Source: Eledone cirrhosa
Taxonomy: Eukaryota
Length of the DNA: 64,000 nt
NCBI GenBank assembly: GCA_964016885.1
Contig: OZ024742.1
Coordinates: 322,214,001-322,278,000, forward strand
Direction: 5' to 3'
The notes under the pieces are model-generated. The model saw only the letters and a program-made list of their open reading frames with translations, had not been told where the DNA came from and made no database searches. A program made the translations under genes and the position numbers. Shown here in pieces: positions 27,704-40,970 of the stretch (its first letter is position 1; every line of letters starts with the position of its first letter).

Positions 27704-27809
<106 letters not shown>

Positions 27810-28027
27810 ACTAGATTACTAAACAACAACAATATAGTATATAGTATATAACTAGATATACTTAACAACTAGATATATTACGTAGCAACAAGAATCCTTT
27901 GTTATAATTTACAACAGGATATTTTCAATGGATTTTAATGTTCTTTTTTTCCTTTTGTTTCATTACTACATTTGTTTTAGTTTTGTTTTTATTCCTTTTA
28001 TAGTTGTGGTTATTTTTTTATTATTCG

Positions 28028-28058
<31 letters not shown>

Positions 28059-28288
28059 ACATGCATGAAGTAGGTGCGTGTGTTGTGTGTATCTGTGAGT
28101 ATGTAGGAATGTATATATGTATATATTTATATATATATATTTATATATACGTGTGTGTGTGTATATATATATATACACAAACACACACACCTATATATAT
28201 ATATATACACATACATATATATATACACAAACACACACATACATATATATAATCATATATATATATTTATATACATGTCTGTGTATAT

Positions 28289-28359
<71 letters not shown>

Positions 28360-28362
<3 letters not shown>

Positions 28363-28437
28363 GGTGTCCCAAAAAATGTATGCACACTTCAACTGCATTC
28401 TAATGAAAATGTGTATACATTTTTGGGGGACACCCTG
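28360..28437. mobile_element. 78-bp Tc1/mariner-type MITE
   Basis: TIRs CAGGGTGTCCCAAAAAATGTAT / ATACATTTTTGGGGGACACCCTG, within TA-rich DNA. Confidence 0.75.
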
Positions 28438-28513
28438 TATATGCATGTGTATGTGTGAATGTGTGCGTCTGTGAGTGTGTGTGTGTGCGTATATTGTGTG
28501 TATGTGTGTATGA

Positions 28514-28549
<36 letters not shown>

Positions 28550-28896
28550 GCATACATATATATATATCTATATATATATTTATATGCGTGTGTGTATGTA
28601 TATGCGTGCGTATGATCACGTAACTGAGTGGCAAAGAAGTCGGAAGTACAATGATGTTAAGAAACGTTTAACCTCACCGACTTATGTAGAGTCTCTCAGT
28701 ACTTTGGCATAGATTTCGCCGTGGAAATCGGCGGCCAACAACCAATACGTGTTTGTGTCTATTTGTGTGTGTGTGTGAGCTGGTAAAAAAGTATACATAT
28801 ATATATATATATATATAAATGTGTGTGTGTGTGTGTATGTGTGTATGTATATATATATATATATATATATATAGATATATATATATATATATATAT

Positions 28897-28973
<77 letters not shown>

Positions 28974-29016
28974 TATAGATATATATATATATATATATAT
29001 ATAGATATATATATAT

Positions 29017-29172
<156 letters not shown>

Positions 29173-29344
29173 CATGAATCAAAGTTCTGTTCAAACTATT
29201 TATTAGCTTACAATTGTTTCGTCCAAACCGAGGTGTGATGTCTTCGGAGCAATTTTTCAATGATTGTTTACATACATGACCTCCTTTCCAACACAAGAGA
29301 CATCCAGATACATATGTATATATTGATGCACTACTATATATATA

Positions 29345-30492
29345 TATTTCGTTTCTGAATTTGTTTAGCAAGATTCTTTATCTGAAAACATGTGTTGAAA
29401 CCGATATTGTTATACTTTGGGAGGGTCATGTTGCCAATAAGAAACACACGCACCAGTTGCTTCCACTTCAATTTATTATAATAAATTTATAAATTTAGGA
29501 ATTTATAAATTTCCGGTTAGTTGGTTGGTTCCACAACCAGATGGTTGTTTATATAATGTCAAAGTTCTTTCGTCACACATTCTGTGACCTCTTCAGTGAC
29601 TGGGGATTCTTTTCTTTGTTTTTTGTGCCTCTCCTTTGTTCTGTCCTACGCCATCTTGTTTTTGTGTGTGTGTTGTGTGCTTAGTTTGCGCATGTGTTAC
29701 ATCCGGGTGTCTGTGTGTGTTTATCGTTTATTTATTTGTTTATTTACATGTTACTGGTTGGTTGTTTGTTCTATGTGTGTGTGTTCATTTTGTCCTTAAT
29801 TGTAAGTTGTGATGTTGCTGTTCCACTCATGTTTTCTATTTAATTTTGGTTGTAATTCATTTATGTTTATTGCCTCTGTGATTTGACTGAACATTGCGTC
29901 TTTTCTGTGTGTAGATTCTATTTTTATTTCTATGTTCTCTAATTTACCCTTATGTTCTATTTTAGCATATTGGTAGAGTACAGATGATTCTTTACTATCT
30001 TGAAGGTCTCGCCAGTGTTCATTTATCCGTTCCCCTATACTACGAGCTGTCTCACCTATGTACACTATATTTTTATCTCTACATTGTCCTTCAGTACATC
30101 TTATGCTATATACTACATTTCTAGTTTTACAGTTAATATGGGGGCTTAATTTACAGATTATACATTTGTTATCTATACAGGGAGGTCTTTGAAAAGGGTA
30201 TGTCTTGCTAATAAGTGTTTTTACGGAGGTACCTGGTCTTTCTACTATCTTAATATTGAGTTTATGTTTATCTAGGGCCCTTCTAAATTTGTAAGCTAAT
30301 TCACCTCTAGGGGTTGTATCGATGAGCATTACACTCTGGTATTTATTGCTATCATACCATGAGTTTATTCTATTAGCCTTATTCCTAGTTCTTTCTATTC
30401 TATTCCAAAATTTGCTCCTATACAAGGGGCAGGTCCCATTTATGTCATTATTTACCATTTTTTTCCCATTTGGTTCTGGCTCCTCTATACAC
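29345..30492 (-). pseudogene. 5'-truncated copy of the Neptune-like PLE (GIY-YIG + pLTR/HHR)
   Basis: ORF 29796-30497 is highly similar to 22723-23613; same 3' TA junction. Confidence 0.9.
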
Positions 30493-30830
30493 ACCACCTA
30501 TCGCCGTCGGGACCCCTGGCGTCCTCAGACCCCGTACTGCCGAGCTCCTCTGTAAAATCTGAAAGTCAACAACCTGTCTGAGGAAAGAGGCCCGCGAGGT
30601 GGGGTAGTTGTAGCTGGTGTCGTTAGCCATTGTCCGCGGAAATGTCTTTGCAATTTTGTCCGTGGGGTGCAACCAAAAACACTGCCCCGCCCTAGGCATA
30701 GAGATCATTATCCTCACCCCTTCCCCTCCCTTTCTTCTAAGGTCTATTAATCCCTGCTTTTCTCCTCCTTTTCTTCTCATTTATTGGCTTTTATAGTCCT
30801 TTCCTCTACTTTCCTATACAGCCAGATCTG

Positions 30831-30957
30831 CAAGAAGAAGAAGAAGAAGAAGAAGAAGAAGAAGAAGAAGAAGAAGAAGAAGAAGAAGAAGAAGAAGAAG
30901 AAGAAGAAGAAGAAGAAGAAGAAGAAGAAGAAGAAGAAGAAGAAGAAGAAGAAGAAG
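30831..30957. repeat. (AAG)n microsatellite
   Basis: Pure trinucleotide run. Confidence 0.95.
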
Positions 30958-32067
30958 AGTGAATGTCGGTTAAGGAAGGATATGACTAACATGTCATTTA
31001 AATTTCTCAAAAAATATTGCTTTTGCTTTGAATCACATAGAATGGTGGTCGAGCTGGAAATAATAAAAGCTAGAAATAGAAACCATTCAGTCGTCGAAAG
31101 ACCCTTATCTCCTGATGGAGTCTTAAAGGTGATGTCATGACATATGCTGTCGTGGACATTTAAATCTGGCGGAACCCAACCTTTTTCGGCTCTGAACACA
31201 GCTGATTTCTTCCAAAGAGAAACAGAAAGAGGGGGGAGGAAGAAGACGAAAGAAAGTAAGAAAGAGCTATTAGAGGAGAAATCGACCCCAGTACTAGACT
31301 GGTATTCTATTTATTAACTCAAATAGGATAGAAAGCAATATTGACCTTTGATGAATTTAAATTTAGAGAGCCAGAAAGAATACCGTAAAACATTATATCT
31401 GACATTCAAACTATTCTACGAATCTACCGCTTTAAGAATTGCATAGTTACTAAAAATAAATTTTAGTAACCTCTTGGGAAAATTACACGTTATCATAGAT
31501 AAAAAGTATGGAATAGATAGTGTTAAATGGTGGTTCAAGATGCAATCAAAACTTTTTTAAAAAGGTTAAGTTGAAATTGTGTAATCTATACTTCTTGGTG
31601 TCGTTCCTAATCTCGGAATAAAAAAACAGAGATTAGAGAGTTGAAGAATAAGAAATAACTAAATTAGGATTGAGTTGAATCTAGGATGACAGTTTCTCAT
31701 CTAAATTTATGAGACTTTATTTGAGGAGGTTTTGAGGACAGTTTTCTCCCTCTCAGTTTCGGAGGCCCATATAAGTGTACTGCTCAAATGTACAATCTTC
31801 TTTTCGGTTCAACGATAGATGTTACTGAGATAATGTGAAGTGTGCTGTTTTATGTTCTGTGTAGTTTATTGTGGTTTGTTGTGGAGAAATTAGGAGATCA
31901 GGTAAGATTAACAGTATAGCTAATGTATTATTACTTCTACATCGTTGTTGTTGTTGTTGCTGTCTGTTGGTTACATCAAACCTGTCACCAAGGGAGAGAA
32001 CTGGGTGGCACCACCCCCGCTACATTTCAATGATTCACAGGCAGATTTAGAAAATAAGAGTTTATGG

Positions 32068-32262
32068 TGGTGCGGGAGTTTTGGCAGTATCGGTAGAGAG
32101 TCGGACGCCCTGCTTTGAAGCATAGAGTTACCTCCTTTTATGATCTGAGTTCAAATCCCGCCGAGGTTAACTTTGCCTTTCATCCTTACGGGGTCGATAA
32201 AATAAAGTACCAGTAATGTACAAGGGTAATTGCTGGCCTGGGGACAAAAGTAGAAACAATTA
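32068..32262 (+). mobile_element. SINE family A
   Basis: A box, B box and core as at 3588. Confidence 0.85.
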
Positions 32263-32299
32263 TTGTTATTGTTGCTGTTGTTGCTATTGTTGTTGGTGT

Positions 32300-32690
32300 T
32301 GTTGATGGTGTTGTTGTTGGTGGTGTCGGTGTCGCTGTTATTGTTGATGGTGTTGTTTTTATTGTTGTTGTTGCTGTTACTAGTGGCAATGCTGTTGGTG
32401 GTGTTGTTGTTGGTGGTGTCGGTGTCGCTGTTATTGTTGATGGTGTTGTTTTTATTGTTGTTGTTGCTGTTACTAGTGGCAATGCTGTTGGTGGTGTTGT
32501 TGTTGGTGGTGTCGGTGTCGCTGTTATTGTTGATGGTGTTGTTTTTATTGTTGTTGTTGCTGTTACTAGTGGCAATGCTGTTGATGGTGTTGTTGTTGGT
32601 GGTGTCGGTGTCGCTGTTATTGTTGATGGTGTTGTTTTTATTGTTGTTGTTGCTGTTACTAGTGGCAATGCTGTTGATGGTGTTGTTGTT
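32300..32690. repeat. 93-bp minisatellite (~4 units) built from GTT/GGT triplets
   Basis: GGTGTCGGTGTCGCTG recurs every 93 nt. Confidence 0.85.
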
Positions 32691-33097
32691 GTTCTTGCAA
32701 TTGTTGTTGAAGGCGATGTTGTTATTATCATTGATGCTGTTGTTGATGTCATGACTGTTGTTGATGTTGTTGCTGCTGCTGCTATTGTTGTTGTTGGGGT
32801 TGTCATGTGTCGGCTGTCACCAAAAATATGAGACAAGAGCCACCTGGTGATAGCAATATGTACCATGTCACACTATTTTCTAAGTAATTCACTGACTGAG
32901 ATACATCCCCATTATAAATGGCCGACTGTCATAAGTTACATATGAGCTGCTTTAAAACCTCTCGTCCCTGTCTCTATCTCCACAATTCATGTCATTATAT
33001 CTTCTTCTTCCTGCAAATATTGGCCATGTTCCTCTCATACTACAATTCCCATCTCTCTGTTTCTCACCTTCACTCATACACTCTCTCTCTCTTTCTC

Positions 33098-33189
<92 letters not shown>

Positions 33190-33244
33190 ATATATATATG
33201 ACATGGACAGACAGTGGAAAAACACGGACATATATATATATATA

Positions 33245-33305
<61 letters not shown>

Positions 33306-33678
33306 CATTAACGAAGCTTTAGTTTGCGGCCAAGCTAACGAATGCAAATTCGGTATGTAGCTTTAGCACTCGAATGGGAATAGTACCCCAGAGTAATAAC
33401 AATACGTTTAGACAGCTTAGCAAATCAAATATAGCGATCGGCAGTCCAGCCGCATTACCACAGCAACGAAAATACAGGACTCAGGAAAAGATATATACAT
33501 TAAAAAAAAAGTCTAAAGTCTGTCTTAAGCCAGAAGGCTCATTTGGCCGGTGCTTATCCCGGTTTCATGGCGTGAAGCGACTGAGAGTACAAGTACATAT
33601 AATCGCACTCATTGTGACCTCTAGCAAACAGCTCATGATAAAATTGATGTGTCCGTGTTTTTCCACTGCCTGTCCATG

Positions 33679-33740
<62 letters not shown>

Positions 33741-33888
33741 CTATGTATGTATGTGTGTGTCTGTGTGTATGTACATCCATGCATACATTCATACATACAT
33801 GCATACATACATACATACATACATATATACATACATACATATATACATACATACATACATATATACATACATACATACATATATACAT

Positions 33889-33951
33889 GATGGCTGCCCC
33901 CTCGTTATCGAGTATGGCCATTGCACAATTAAAAAAAAAAAAAATAAATAA

Positions 33952-34037
<86 letters not shown>

Positions 34038-34116
34038 GCAATAATAATAATAACGACAACAACAATAATAATATACATATTCATATATATATACACACAC
34101 ACGCACGCACATAAGC

Positions 34117-34154
<38 letters not shown>

Positions 34155-37100
34155 GATAGCAACTAACAGTGCTGCGATCGAATGTGGCTTTTTAGCCCAG
34201 CCAATGATCCAAAATGTCTTGCACAGAGTCGGCAACCAAAACATTTACTGGGAATAGTCGGCTGTGGTTGGAGTTCGTGTACTTTTGCATGTCGCTTGAG
34301 TCCTCCTGCTGATTTACATTCTCTACCACATGTTTGGCAAGCATGATGAGTAGCATCTCCAACAGCAGCCTGGTAGTCAACCACTGGTCTTACTTTATGA
34401 CTGCGAAGATGACTTTCGAGTCCAGCTTTGCTTAGGCAGAGTCTCGCACAGACGCTGCATGCCAGAAACATAGGAGGACCCTCGCCGTCTGGAAGTGCAA
34501 CAGCAATACCCTTCCTCACGTCCCGCTTTACTTTCTCGTGTGCGATTCGAGATGCCTCAAAGGCAACTTTTCCCTCATATACAGTCTTTCTCCATTTATT
34601 ACGATCAGCAGCAATATTTTCCCATGTATCAGCAGAGATGTTAGCGTCTTTCAGAGAGGCCTTCAAGGAATCCTTATACCTCTTTTTTGGTTTATGTGGC
34701 GGTCGTTTTCCTTTAACCAACTCTCCATAGAAGAGTTGTTTTGGTATTCTAGAATCCTTCATCCTGGCAAGGTGACCACTCCAACGGAGTCGCTGCTTAA
34801 GCACAAGAGCTTCTATACTGTCACACATAGAGCTTTCCAAAATCTCGACATCACTGATGTGGTCCCTCCAGCGAACGCCATGTATCCGTCTGAGACACAT
34901 CTGATGGAAACGCTCCAATTGCTCAAGGTGGCGTCGATATGTGACCCAGGTCTCGCAGGCATAAAGAAGACAAGAGAGTACACATGCCCTGTACACCTTT
35001 ACCTTTGTCCTCCTGCATATGTCTCGCCGACCCCAGAGTCGCCTTTCTAGCTTTCCGAAAGCATCACTTGCTTTCCTAATCCTAAGTGAGATTTCACCGT
35101 CAAGGTTGCCGTATCGATTGACAGTGCTTCCCAGGTAGACAAACTGATCAACCACTCCAAGTCGCTTGCCATACACATAGATGTTTGGTTCAGTGTACTG
35201 CCTACCAGGTGCAGGTTGGTACATGACGACGGTTTTCTTGAGACTGACAGTCAAACCCAGGGCAGTGCAAGCGTCAGAAAATACATTCAAAATGTGCTGC
35301 ATATCACTCTCTGTGTGCGCTACAAGATCGCAATCATCTGCATACAAGAGGTCTCTTATGACTGATGCAAATACTTTTGTCTTCGCAGCAAAGCGCCTGA
35401 TGTTAAATATGCTGCCTGAGGTTCGATATCGGATGTAAACACCATGCTCGCAATTCCTGAATGCAACACAGAAAACCATTGCAAAGTATATGGCAAACAG
35501 GGTCGGTGCTGGAATATCCCCCTGTTTCACTCCATTTTTTACTGACATAGGCTCCGACATGTTACCTCCGACATTAACCCAAGCCTTCATGTCGTCATGG
35601 AAAGACCTAACTAAAGCAAGGAACTTATCAGGGCAACCAAGTTTCTGGAGAACCTTCCATAATGCATCTCTGTTGACAGTATCGAAAGCCTTTGTCAGAT
35701 CGACAAAAACCTGATACAGATCCAAGCCCTGTTCAATGCACTTCTCCTGGAGCTGTCTAGCTGAGAAGATCATATCAGTAGTGCCGCGTCCAACACGAAA
35801 ACCAGATTGACTTTCAGGAAGGACACAATCTGCAATGTGTGTCAGCAGACGGTCCAGAAGCACCCTACATAAAACTTTCCCCACGACAGAAAGCAATGAT
35901 ATACCTCTGTAGTTCCCACAATCATTCCTGTTACCCTTTCCCTTGTACAAGACCACCATTACTGCATCTCTCCAGTCCTCAGGCACGGATTCATTAGCCC
36001 ATATCCTTCCAAACAGAGAGTGAAGATGTTGCAGGAGTCTCTCACCACCATATTGTAGGAGCTCAGCATGTATGCCATCCATACCTGGAGATCTTCCACT
36101 GTTCAGCTTCGAAATAGCCACTGCAACCTCCACAAGTGTCGGAGGCTCTGCGAGAGCTACTTTCACAGGACTTTCCGGAATGAGATTGAGGAAATCTTCA
36201 CTGACGACAGACGGCTGATTCAAAAGATCATCAAAGTGCTCCCGCCACCTTCGTAGAATTCCCTGTGAGTCACGAAGAAGTTCTTTGCCATACCTGCTGC
36301 GAATCGGTGTCACCAGAGAAGAAGACGGTCCATAAACCTCACGCAAGAGACTGTACAACAGCTTTGTGTTATTGCAATCAGACGCAGTTTGTATCTCACC
36401 AGCCTTCTCACTCCACCACTGATCCTTCATCTGAGAAAGACTCCGCCTAACACGTGATTTTACATCCCTGAGCTCCTCATGCAACGTATTCCTCTCCTGT
36501 GGTCTTGCCGTCAAGTAGCGTGACAGAGCGCGCCTCTTATCAGCCAACAAGTCATCTATATGCACATCTTTCTCATTAAACCAGTCCTGATGTTTTCTCT
36601 GCACCAATCCCAGAACACGTCTGCCTACATCATAAACCGACTTTTTAAGGGTCGGCCAATCCTCACCAAGATCTGCAGCCTGCATCTCTTCTTCCAATGT
36701 CCTCTTCACATTTTTATCCTTAAGACGAGCAGCATTCAATCTTTTGGGCAGGGTAACACCAGGAGCCCGGATTTTACGTTTGGTGATTAGATTCACTTTT
36801 GCGCGTACCAGGCGGTGGTCCGTCCAGCACTCAGCTCCACGAAGAACACGAACACACCGCACATCCTGTCTGTCACGCATCCTGACTAGGACGTAGTCCA
36901 AAAGATGCCATTCCTTAGATGCAGGATGCATCCATGTGGTCTTGAATTTGTTCTTTTGTTGGAACATGGTGTTGGTAACACACAGATCCAGCTCCTCACA
37001 CATCTGCAGCAAGAGCATACCATTGCTGTTACACTTTCCCACCCCATGCCTTCCGATTACATTCCATGTGTTAAAATCCCTACCCACTCTAGCATTAAAG

Positions 37101-37716
37101 TCACCAAGCACGATGACTTTGTCTGCCTGAGGGATATTTCTTAAAACACCTTTCAAGGCATGGTAAAAGGACAGTTTTTCTTCATCGACAGAATTCATAG
37201 TTGGAGCATACACACTCACCAGGGTAGCATATCTTCCCTTGTCCAGCGGAACTCTCATGGACATAAGACGCTCACTAATCCCCACTGGGAATTCTTCCAA
37301 TTTATTCACCAGTACAGTCTTAACAGCAAATCCTACCCCAGCCTCTCTTCTGGTTCCTTCATCTCTTCCTTTCCAGAAGAATGTATATTCTCCACAAAAT
37401 TCCGTAAGATGACCATCTCCAGCTAACCTCGTCTCAGACAAAGCCACGATGTCAAGATCGTAACGTCGAAGCTCCTTCGCAACAAGAGCGGTCCTTCGTT
37501 CAGGACGCTCCAAAGAATCCCCGTCAAGCAGCGTCCGTACGTTCCAGCAGCCAAGACTAAATGCCCTGTTTGGCTCTATTACAATGGCACGATGACGGGC
37601 GGGCCCAGGTTGTGATAACTTGGGGCCCCTGCCCTTATTGCCAATGATCTCTTTTGTTCCAGAACCCAAATTGGCATTTATCTCGTTTACATTGTTCTGG
37701 AACATCATTGAATTGG
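33889..37716 (-). mobile_element. RTE-clade LINE, ORF intact, 3' end GGCCATACTCGATAACGAGGGGCAGCCAT + (TGTA)n
   Basis: Single APE-RT ORF; stem-loop CTCG-ATAA-CGAG before the tetranucleotide tail; (TACA)n on both flanks. Confidence 0.9.
34163..37708 (-). CDS. APE endonuclease + reverse transcriptase + three C2H2 zinc fingers (~1181 aa from first non-repeat Met)
   Basis: WNVRTL, LSETR, YAPT, GDFNA, LDY, TDH; QSGFR, FVDLTKAFD, GVKQG, YADD, YLGS; three C-x2-C-x12-H-x3/4-H motifs. Confidence 0.95.
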   Translation of the reverse strand: MMFQNNVNEINANLGSGTKEIIGNKGRGPKLSQPGPARHRAIVIEPNRAFSLGCWNVRTLLDGDSLERPERRTALVAKELRRYDLDIVALSETRLAGDGHLTEFCGEYTFFWKGRDEGTRREAGVGFAVKTVLVNKLEEFPVGISERLMSMRVPLDKGRYATLVSVYAPTMNSVDEEKLSFYHALKGVLRNIPQADKVIVLGDFNARVGRDFNTWNVIGRHGVGKCNSNGMLLLQMCEELDLCVTNTMFQQKNKFKTTWMHPASKEWHLLDYVLVRMRDRQDVRCVRVLRGAECWTDHRLVRAKVNLITKRKIRAPGVTLPKRLNAARLKDKNVKRTLEEEMQAADLGEDWPTLKKSVYDVGRRVLGLVQRKHQDWFNEKDVHIDDLLADKRRALSRYLTARPQERNTLHEELRDVKSRVRRSLSQMKDQWWSEKAGEIQTASDCNNTKLLYSLLREVYGPSSSLVTPIRSRYGKELLRDSQGILRRWREHFDDLLNQPSVVSEDFLNLIPESPVKVALAEPPTLVEVAVAISKLNSGRSPGMDGIHAELLQYGGERLLQHLHSLFGRIWANESVPEDWRDAVMVVLYKGKGNRNDCGNYRGISLLSVVGKVLCRVLLDRLLTHIADCVLPESQSGFRVGRGTTDMIFSARQLQEKCIEQGLDLYQVFVDLTKAFDTVNRDALWKVLQKLGCPDKFLALVRSFHDDMKAWVNVGGNMSEPMSVKNGVKQGDIPAPTLFAIYFAMVFCVAFRNCEHGVYIRYRTSGSIFNIRRFAAKTKVFASVIRDLLYADDCDLVAHTESDMQHILNVFSDACTALGLTVSLKKTVVMYQPAPGRQYTEPNIYVYGKRLGVVDQFVYLGSTVNRYGNLDGEISLRIRKASDAFGKLERRLWGRRDICRRTKVKVYRACVLSCLLYACETWVTYRRHLEQLERFHQMCLRRIHGVRWRDHISDVEILESSMCDSIEALVLKQRLRWSGHLARMKDSRIPKQLFYGELVKGKRPPHKPKKRYKDSLKASLKDANISADTWENIAADRNKWRKTVYEGKVAFEASRIAHEKVKRDVRKGIAVALPDGEGPPMFLACSVCARLCLSKAGLESHLRSHKVRPVVDYQAAVGDATHHACQTCGRECKSAGGLKRHAKVHELQPQPTIPSKCFGCRLCARHFGSLAGLKSHIRSQHC

Positions 37717-37751
<35 letters not shown>

Positions 37752-37881
37752 CATACATACATACATATATACATACATACATACATATATACATAAAAAA
37801 ATACATACATACATACATATATACATACATACATATATACATACATACATACATATATACATACATACATACATATATACA

Positions 37882-37915
<34 letters not shown>

Positions 37916-38320
37916 CATACATACATACATACACACATGCATAAGTACATACATACATACATACATACATACATACATACATACATACATACATACATAC
38001 ATACATACACACATGCATAAGTACATACATACATACATACATACATACATACATACATACATACATACATACATACATACATACATACATACATACACAC
38101 ATGCATAAGTACATACATACACACATATCTTTCCGTTTCAGTCGGTATTCTTTCAAGCTATCCTTCTTCCCAATTTCCTATTCAGTTTAGTTTCTTTCTC
38201 TTTTATTCTTTAACTCTTTCCGTTTCCTTCTTTTTTTGTTTCTTTCGTTTTTCCTTTCTATTTTGTTTTCTTTTGAATGTCTATAAAAATCAATGAACAA
38301 TGAAATATATTTACATATAG

Positions 38321-38383
<63 letters not shown>

Positions 38384-38439
38384 CGTTTGTTTGTGTATAT
38401 ATATAGGTTGGGGGGGGGGGGCGTGTATACATACATACT

Positions 38440-38480
<41 letters not shown>

Positions 38481-38999
38481 ACATCATATACACATGTGTT
38501 AGTGCGCGAGTACACACACAAATATGTTTGTCAGGAGTGTGAACGGTGGCATGGCTGAGAGGTTAAGAAGTTCGCTTCACAACCATGGCAACACGGGATC
38601 GATCCTTCGCGTAGCTTTTTCAATAAATGTCTTTGGCCATAGCTTCAAACTGACCCGAACCTTGTGAGTGAAACCGGGTAGATGGAAGGTTGTCCAGTGG
38701 ACTGTGCCTGTAATTCAAAAGGCCTGGTGTTATACATAGTATCACGGGAGCTGTCGAGAGGTTCTGAAGTTCACAAGGGAGAAGACAACCCCAGCAAAAG
38801 CATAATAATTTTCTTAGTCCGCTCCCTTGCAGCTATGATTGCCTCGGAAACGTAACCTTTTACTCAACTTTGTTGTCTGATGAAATCACGCTATTGGTTA
38901 AATAACCAAGTGACCAAGATCGTTATTGAAATCTATATGACGGCCTTAAAGGATTCTTTAACATATACAACTTCGCATTTTTCCCAATTCTATATATAT

Positions 39000-39196
39000 A
39001 TATTACAAAGGAAATGTGGTAAGGAACCAGATGGAACATAACGCACCAAAGTACTCAATACTTAGAGTAGTAGAGTGGGAAATAGGAAAAAGTATGACCC
39101 CCACGCCAGAGCTCAAGCCGTTTCGACGGCTATTTCTGGACGTCCAGATATAGCCGTAGAAACGGCTAGAGCTCTGCCGCCGGAGTCATACTTTTT

Positions 39197-39200
<4 letters not shown>
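39000..39200. mobile_element. Two-arm inverted terminus insertion, family F (also 16655-16713, 40774-40913, 49222-49349, 51962-52135)
   Basis: Shared GAGCTCAAGCCGTTTCGACGG and GGTAAGGAACC..GCACCAAAGTACTCAATACTTAG blocks, each flanked by (TA)n. Confidence 0.8.
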
Positions 39201-39246
<46 letters not shown>

Positions 39247-39248
<2 letters not shown>

Positions 39249-39445
39249 AGTAGTTCCACAACATTTAGTTCACCATACCGAGAACAAATGTTTCAACTTA
39301 TTCGGATCCTCAGCTCGAGCTGAGGATCCGAATAAGTTGAAACATGTGTTCTCGGTATGGTGAACTAATGTGGAACTACTTCTACCAAACTCGTCCCACG
39401 GACTGGGTGCTCTACTACTACAGATATAACCCTCCAGTGTTCTAC

Positions 39446-39449
<4 letters not shown>
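39247..39449. mobile_element. Foldback with back-to-back hammerheads (39279-39317 minus, 39316-39354 plus)
   Basis: Palindrome centred on AGCTCGAGCT; CGAG CUGAGGA ..GAAA CAUGUG UU^CUCG (weak stem II); relative at 55026-55193. Confidence 0.75.
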
Positions 39450-39485
<36 letters not shown>

Positions 39486-39581
39486 TGACCGAAACGTAAA
39501 GACACTTTTCTTGCTATATCAAGCGTTAAACTAGTTCTTCATTGCACTGTGATGTTTGCTTTGTTGTTTCCGTTTACTTAT

Positions 39582-39635
<54 letters not shown>

Positions 39636-39749
39636 TAAATATATATAACTGTGGGTGAGGGGGTGTTATGTAGTCCATACATGTCAGCATTTCCTCAAGA
39701 CAAGTCAGTTGAAGGCTGAAGAGCATCGTCCTCATCATTACCACCACTA

Positions 39750-40099
39750 CCATTGCCATCACAACCACCACCACCACCACCACCACCACCACTACCACCA
39801 CCACCACCACCACCACCACCACCACCACCACCACTACCACCACCACCATCTCCATCGTCTCCATCGTCATTACAAACTTCACCATCACCATCAGAACCAC
39901 TATTAACCCCAGTATCATCACCATCACCATCACCATCACCACCACCACCACTACCACTACCACTACCACTACCATAATACTGTCCAAACCACGCTACCAT
40001 CAACCTGACAACTCTTGTGCTATTTCTAACACTTTCTTCCACATCAAGTGTCTAAGTGAATTTTGGTTAAAAATACGGTCAGACAAGAACTATAACTAT

Positions 40100-40132
<33 letters not shown>

Positions 40133-40460
40133 AACCACAGCGTCAACCACAACAACAACCACAACAACAACAACCACAACAACCACAACAACCACAACAA
40201 CCACCACCACAACAACAACAACAACAACCACAGGGTCAACCACAACAACAACCACAACAACAACCACAACAACAACAACCACAACAATAACCACAACAAC
40301 CACAACAACAACCACAACAACAACAACCACAACAATAACCACAACAACCACAACAACAACCACAACGTCAACTACAACAACAACAACAACAACAATAACA
40401 TCATCACTATCAACAAGGAATACAAAAACATGTCCAACTACAACAACAACAACAACAACT
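39750..40460. repeat. (ACC)n and (AAC)n degenerate trinucleotide repeats
   Basis: Direct inspection. Confidence 0.9.
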
Positions 40461-40640
40461 GTAATAATGACGACAAAAACAACATTAAACAGACCGTCTT
40501 TAACATCGATAACAACAACTACAATAACAAAAACAAAATCTTCGTCTGGTCATCAGAGAAACACTTACTGTATGATGGACATGTCTATTGTGTAGATTGA
40601 GTGAACAAGACGAAGGGACAGTTGTATCAATGCATATACT

Positions 40641-40711
<71 letters not shown>

Positions 40712-40911
40712 TACATATATATATATATATATAAAAATGTGTGTGTGTGTATGTATATATATATATATATATATAGGAAAATGTTTGACCCCGGCGGCAG
40801 AGCTCAAGCCGTTTCGACGGGTATTTCTGGACTATTACCCACTCTACTACCCTAAGTATTGAGTACTCTGGTGCGTTATGGTCCGCTTGGTTCCTTACCA
40901 CACTTCCTTCG

Positions 40912-40966
<55 letters not shown>

Positions 40967-40970
<4 letters not shown>

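Noticed and set aside
30960-31260. Possible minus-strand host exon after a polypyrimidine tract (other candidates near 40565-40640 and 48594-48670)
   Set aside because: No recognisable protein motif and no linkable exon chain; needs RNA-seq.
32186-32866. Mucin-like Thr/Pro-rich 226-aa ORF
   Set aside because: Produced by a 93-bp minisatellite of triplet origin and ends inside a SINE.
37709-38122. 138-aa N-terminal extension of the RTE ORF
   Set aside because: Stop-free (TATG)n and poly-T flank, not part of the protein.
38872-38944. HHR-like motif (also 29206-29250 minus, 25333-25368 minus, 55122-55160 minus)
   Set aside because: Recognisable but degenerate (UG cleavage site, broken stem II or core); counted only as relics.
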